This document shows, piece after piece, positions 56,541 to 57,777 of a stretch of 57,777 nt of DNA; within the stretch, counting starts at the first letter, position 1; each line of letters begins with the position of its first letter. The notes beneath the pieces were generated by a model. It saw nothing but the letters and a program-made list of their open reading frames with translations, had not been told where the DNA came from and did no database searches. Source of the DNA: Gracilinanus agilis (lineage: Eukaryota); contig NC_058133.1 in assembly GCF_016433145.1 (NCBI RefSeq), positions 503,417,669-503,475,445 of the forward strand. The letters run 5' to 3'. A program made the position numbers and the translations under genes.

Positions 56541-56740
56541 GTCGGGCACTGCACTAAGTGCTTTGCCGATATTATCTCATTTGATGCTCACAGGAACCCT
56601 TCAAGGGAGTAGGTGCTATTATTATCCTCATTTTACAGATAAGGAAACTGAGACTAACCAGGTAAGGGTACTTGCCCAGGGTCATGCAACTAGAATGTAG
56701 CTGAGGCTGGCTTTGAATTCAGGTCTTCCAGATCTAGCAC
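56541..56740 (-). mobile_element. MIR, near full length
   Basis: ctaagtgctttgc..attatctcatttgatgctcaca..attattatcctcattttacagataaggaaactgagac..cttgcccagggtca..tttgaattcaggtcttcc. Confidence 0.9.
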
Positions 56741-57394
56741 TCTGGGCATGGGCTCCCAGTGCTAATAGAGCCTTTCGAGCCAGCTGTGCCCAAACAGCCA
56801 GCACTGGGCCTGTGGAGTGACTCATCTTGTTAGGGGGAGTGTTGAGGACAGGCTGGGCATGAGGGCACATGAAGACGGAACAGTAGGCCAGCTCTGGATG
56901 GCCACAGGCTAAGGGACTGAGCCTCAATTCACCTTGCTAAGAAATGGGCAGCAGCCAGCAGGGGAATGACACAATCTCTGTCTGATCCAGAAGGTGACTG
57001 CCCTGGACCAACTGCCTGTACTCCCAGAGCTGTGAAATCCATGCCCTGAGGATAGAGGCTGCCCCACTCCTTCCTCCCCAGGCAGAGCTAAGAACTGAAA
57101 ACCACAGGGCAGGTACTGGCCTTCTGCCCAGGAGGTGAGCCCAGAGAGAAAGACAATATTGAAGTTAGGCCAATTAATACCCATTCAAAGACCTCCAAGT
57201 GTTCAAATGAATGGAAGAATCAAACTTCGTCACAGTCTTATTTTAAGAAATTGCCACCCCAACCTTGGGCAACCATCGCCCTGACCATCAACACCAAATC
57301 AAGACCTTCCCCCTGAAAAAAGATTCCAACTCACTGATGGTGTGGACGACGGCTAGTACTTCCTAGAACTAAAGGACTTTTAAAATTAAGGTAT

Positions 57395-57777
57395 GAAACG
57401 AGAGGGGTGTTCCTTGATTGGGGAATGGTTGAACAAAATGTGGTATATGATGAGGATGGAATACTATTGTACCATAAGGAATAATGAACTGGAGGAATTC
57501 CATGTGAACTGGAAAGACCTCCATGAACTGATGTGGAGTGAAATGAGCAGAACCAAGAAAACATTGTACACAGAAAGGGATACACTGTGGCATGATCAAA
57601 TGTAATCAACGTTGCTAATAAAAGCAATGCAAAGAGATGGTACTGGCTAAGAGATAGAGAGGAGGATCAATGGAATAGACTGGGGATAAATGACATCAGC
57701 AAGACAGTGTATGATAAACCCAAAGAGCCCAACTTTTGGGACATGAATCCACTATTTGACAAAAACTGCTGGGAAAT
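57395..57777 (+). mobile_element. L1 ORF2 fragments (runs off the right edge)
   Basis: GCSLIGEWLNKMWYMMRMEYYCTIRNNELEEFHVNWKDLHELMWSEMSRT, followed by WYWLRDREEDQWNRLGINDISKTVYDKPKEPNFWDMNPLFDKNCWE. Confidence 0.93.

Larger units (their letters stand above)
38956..57777 (-). other. CUX1: CUX1 intron 2 (3' part; exon 2 lies beyond the right edge)
   Basis: Upstream of the exon 3 acceptor. No sequence encoding RELDATATVLANRQ...KKNTPE found by eye. Confidence 0.85.

Overview
Vertebrate genomic DNA, almost certainly from a didelphid marsupial (Monodelphis-like). The basis is many SINE1_Mdo-type SINEs plus MAR1-type SINEs, MIR/MIR3, L2 and marsupial-type L1 fragments. The window is unusually GC/CpG-rich for an opossum and lies entirely inside the CUX1 (CDP/Cut; CASP) gene on the minus strand. 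Only two coding exons are present: a 48-nt exon at 38908-38955 (DLRKQVAPLLKSFQGE) and a 79-nt exon at 15729-15807 ([27 protein letters not shown]). By homology to human CUX1, recalled from memory, these are exons 3 and 4; exons 2 and 5 were searched for and not found. The rest is intron 2 (right), intron 3 (middle) and intron 4 (left). It contains transposon remnants (several with clear target-site duplications and nesting), two minisatellites, long simple repeats, three N gaps, two single-N junctions and several repeat-free, motif-dense islands that look like enhancers. Nearly all ORFs in the supplied track are artefacts of GC richness or repeats. I see no evidence of a new multi-gene system. 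The best leads are: a frame-preserving candidate cassette exon in intron 3; a strong in-phase donor in a CpG-rich block of intron 2; repeat-born RBFOX/NOVA motif arrays on the CUX1 pre-mRNA; a hAT MITE nested in L1; and an unclassified two-copy repeat. All repeat family names are from recognition, not a database search.
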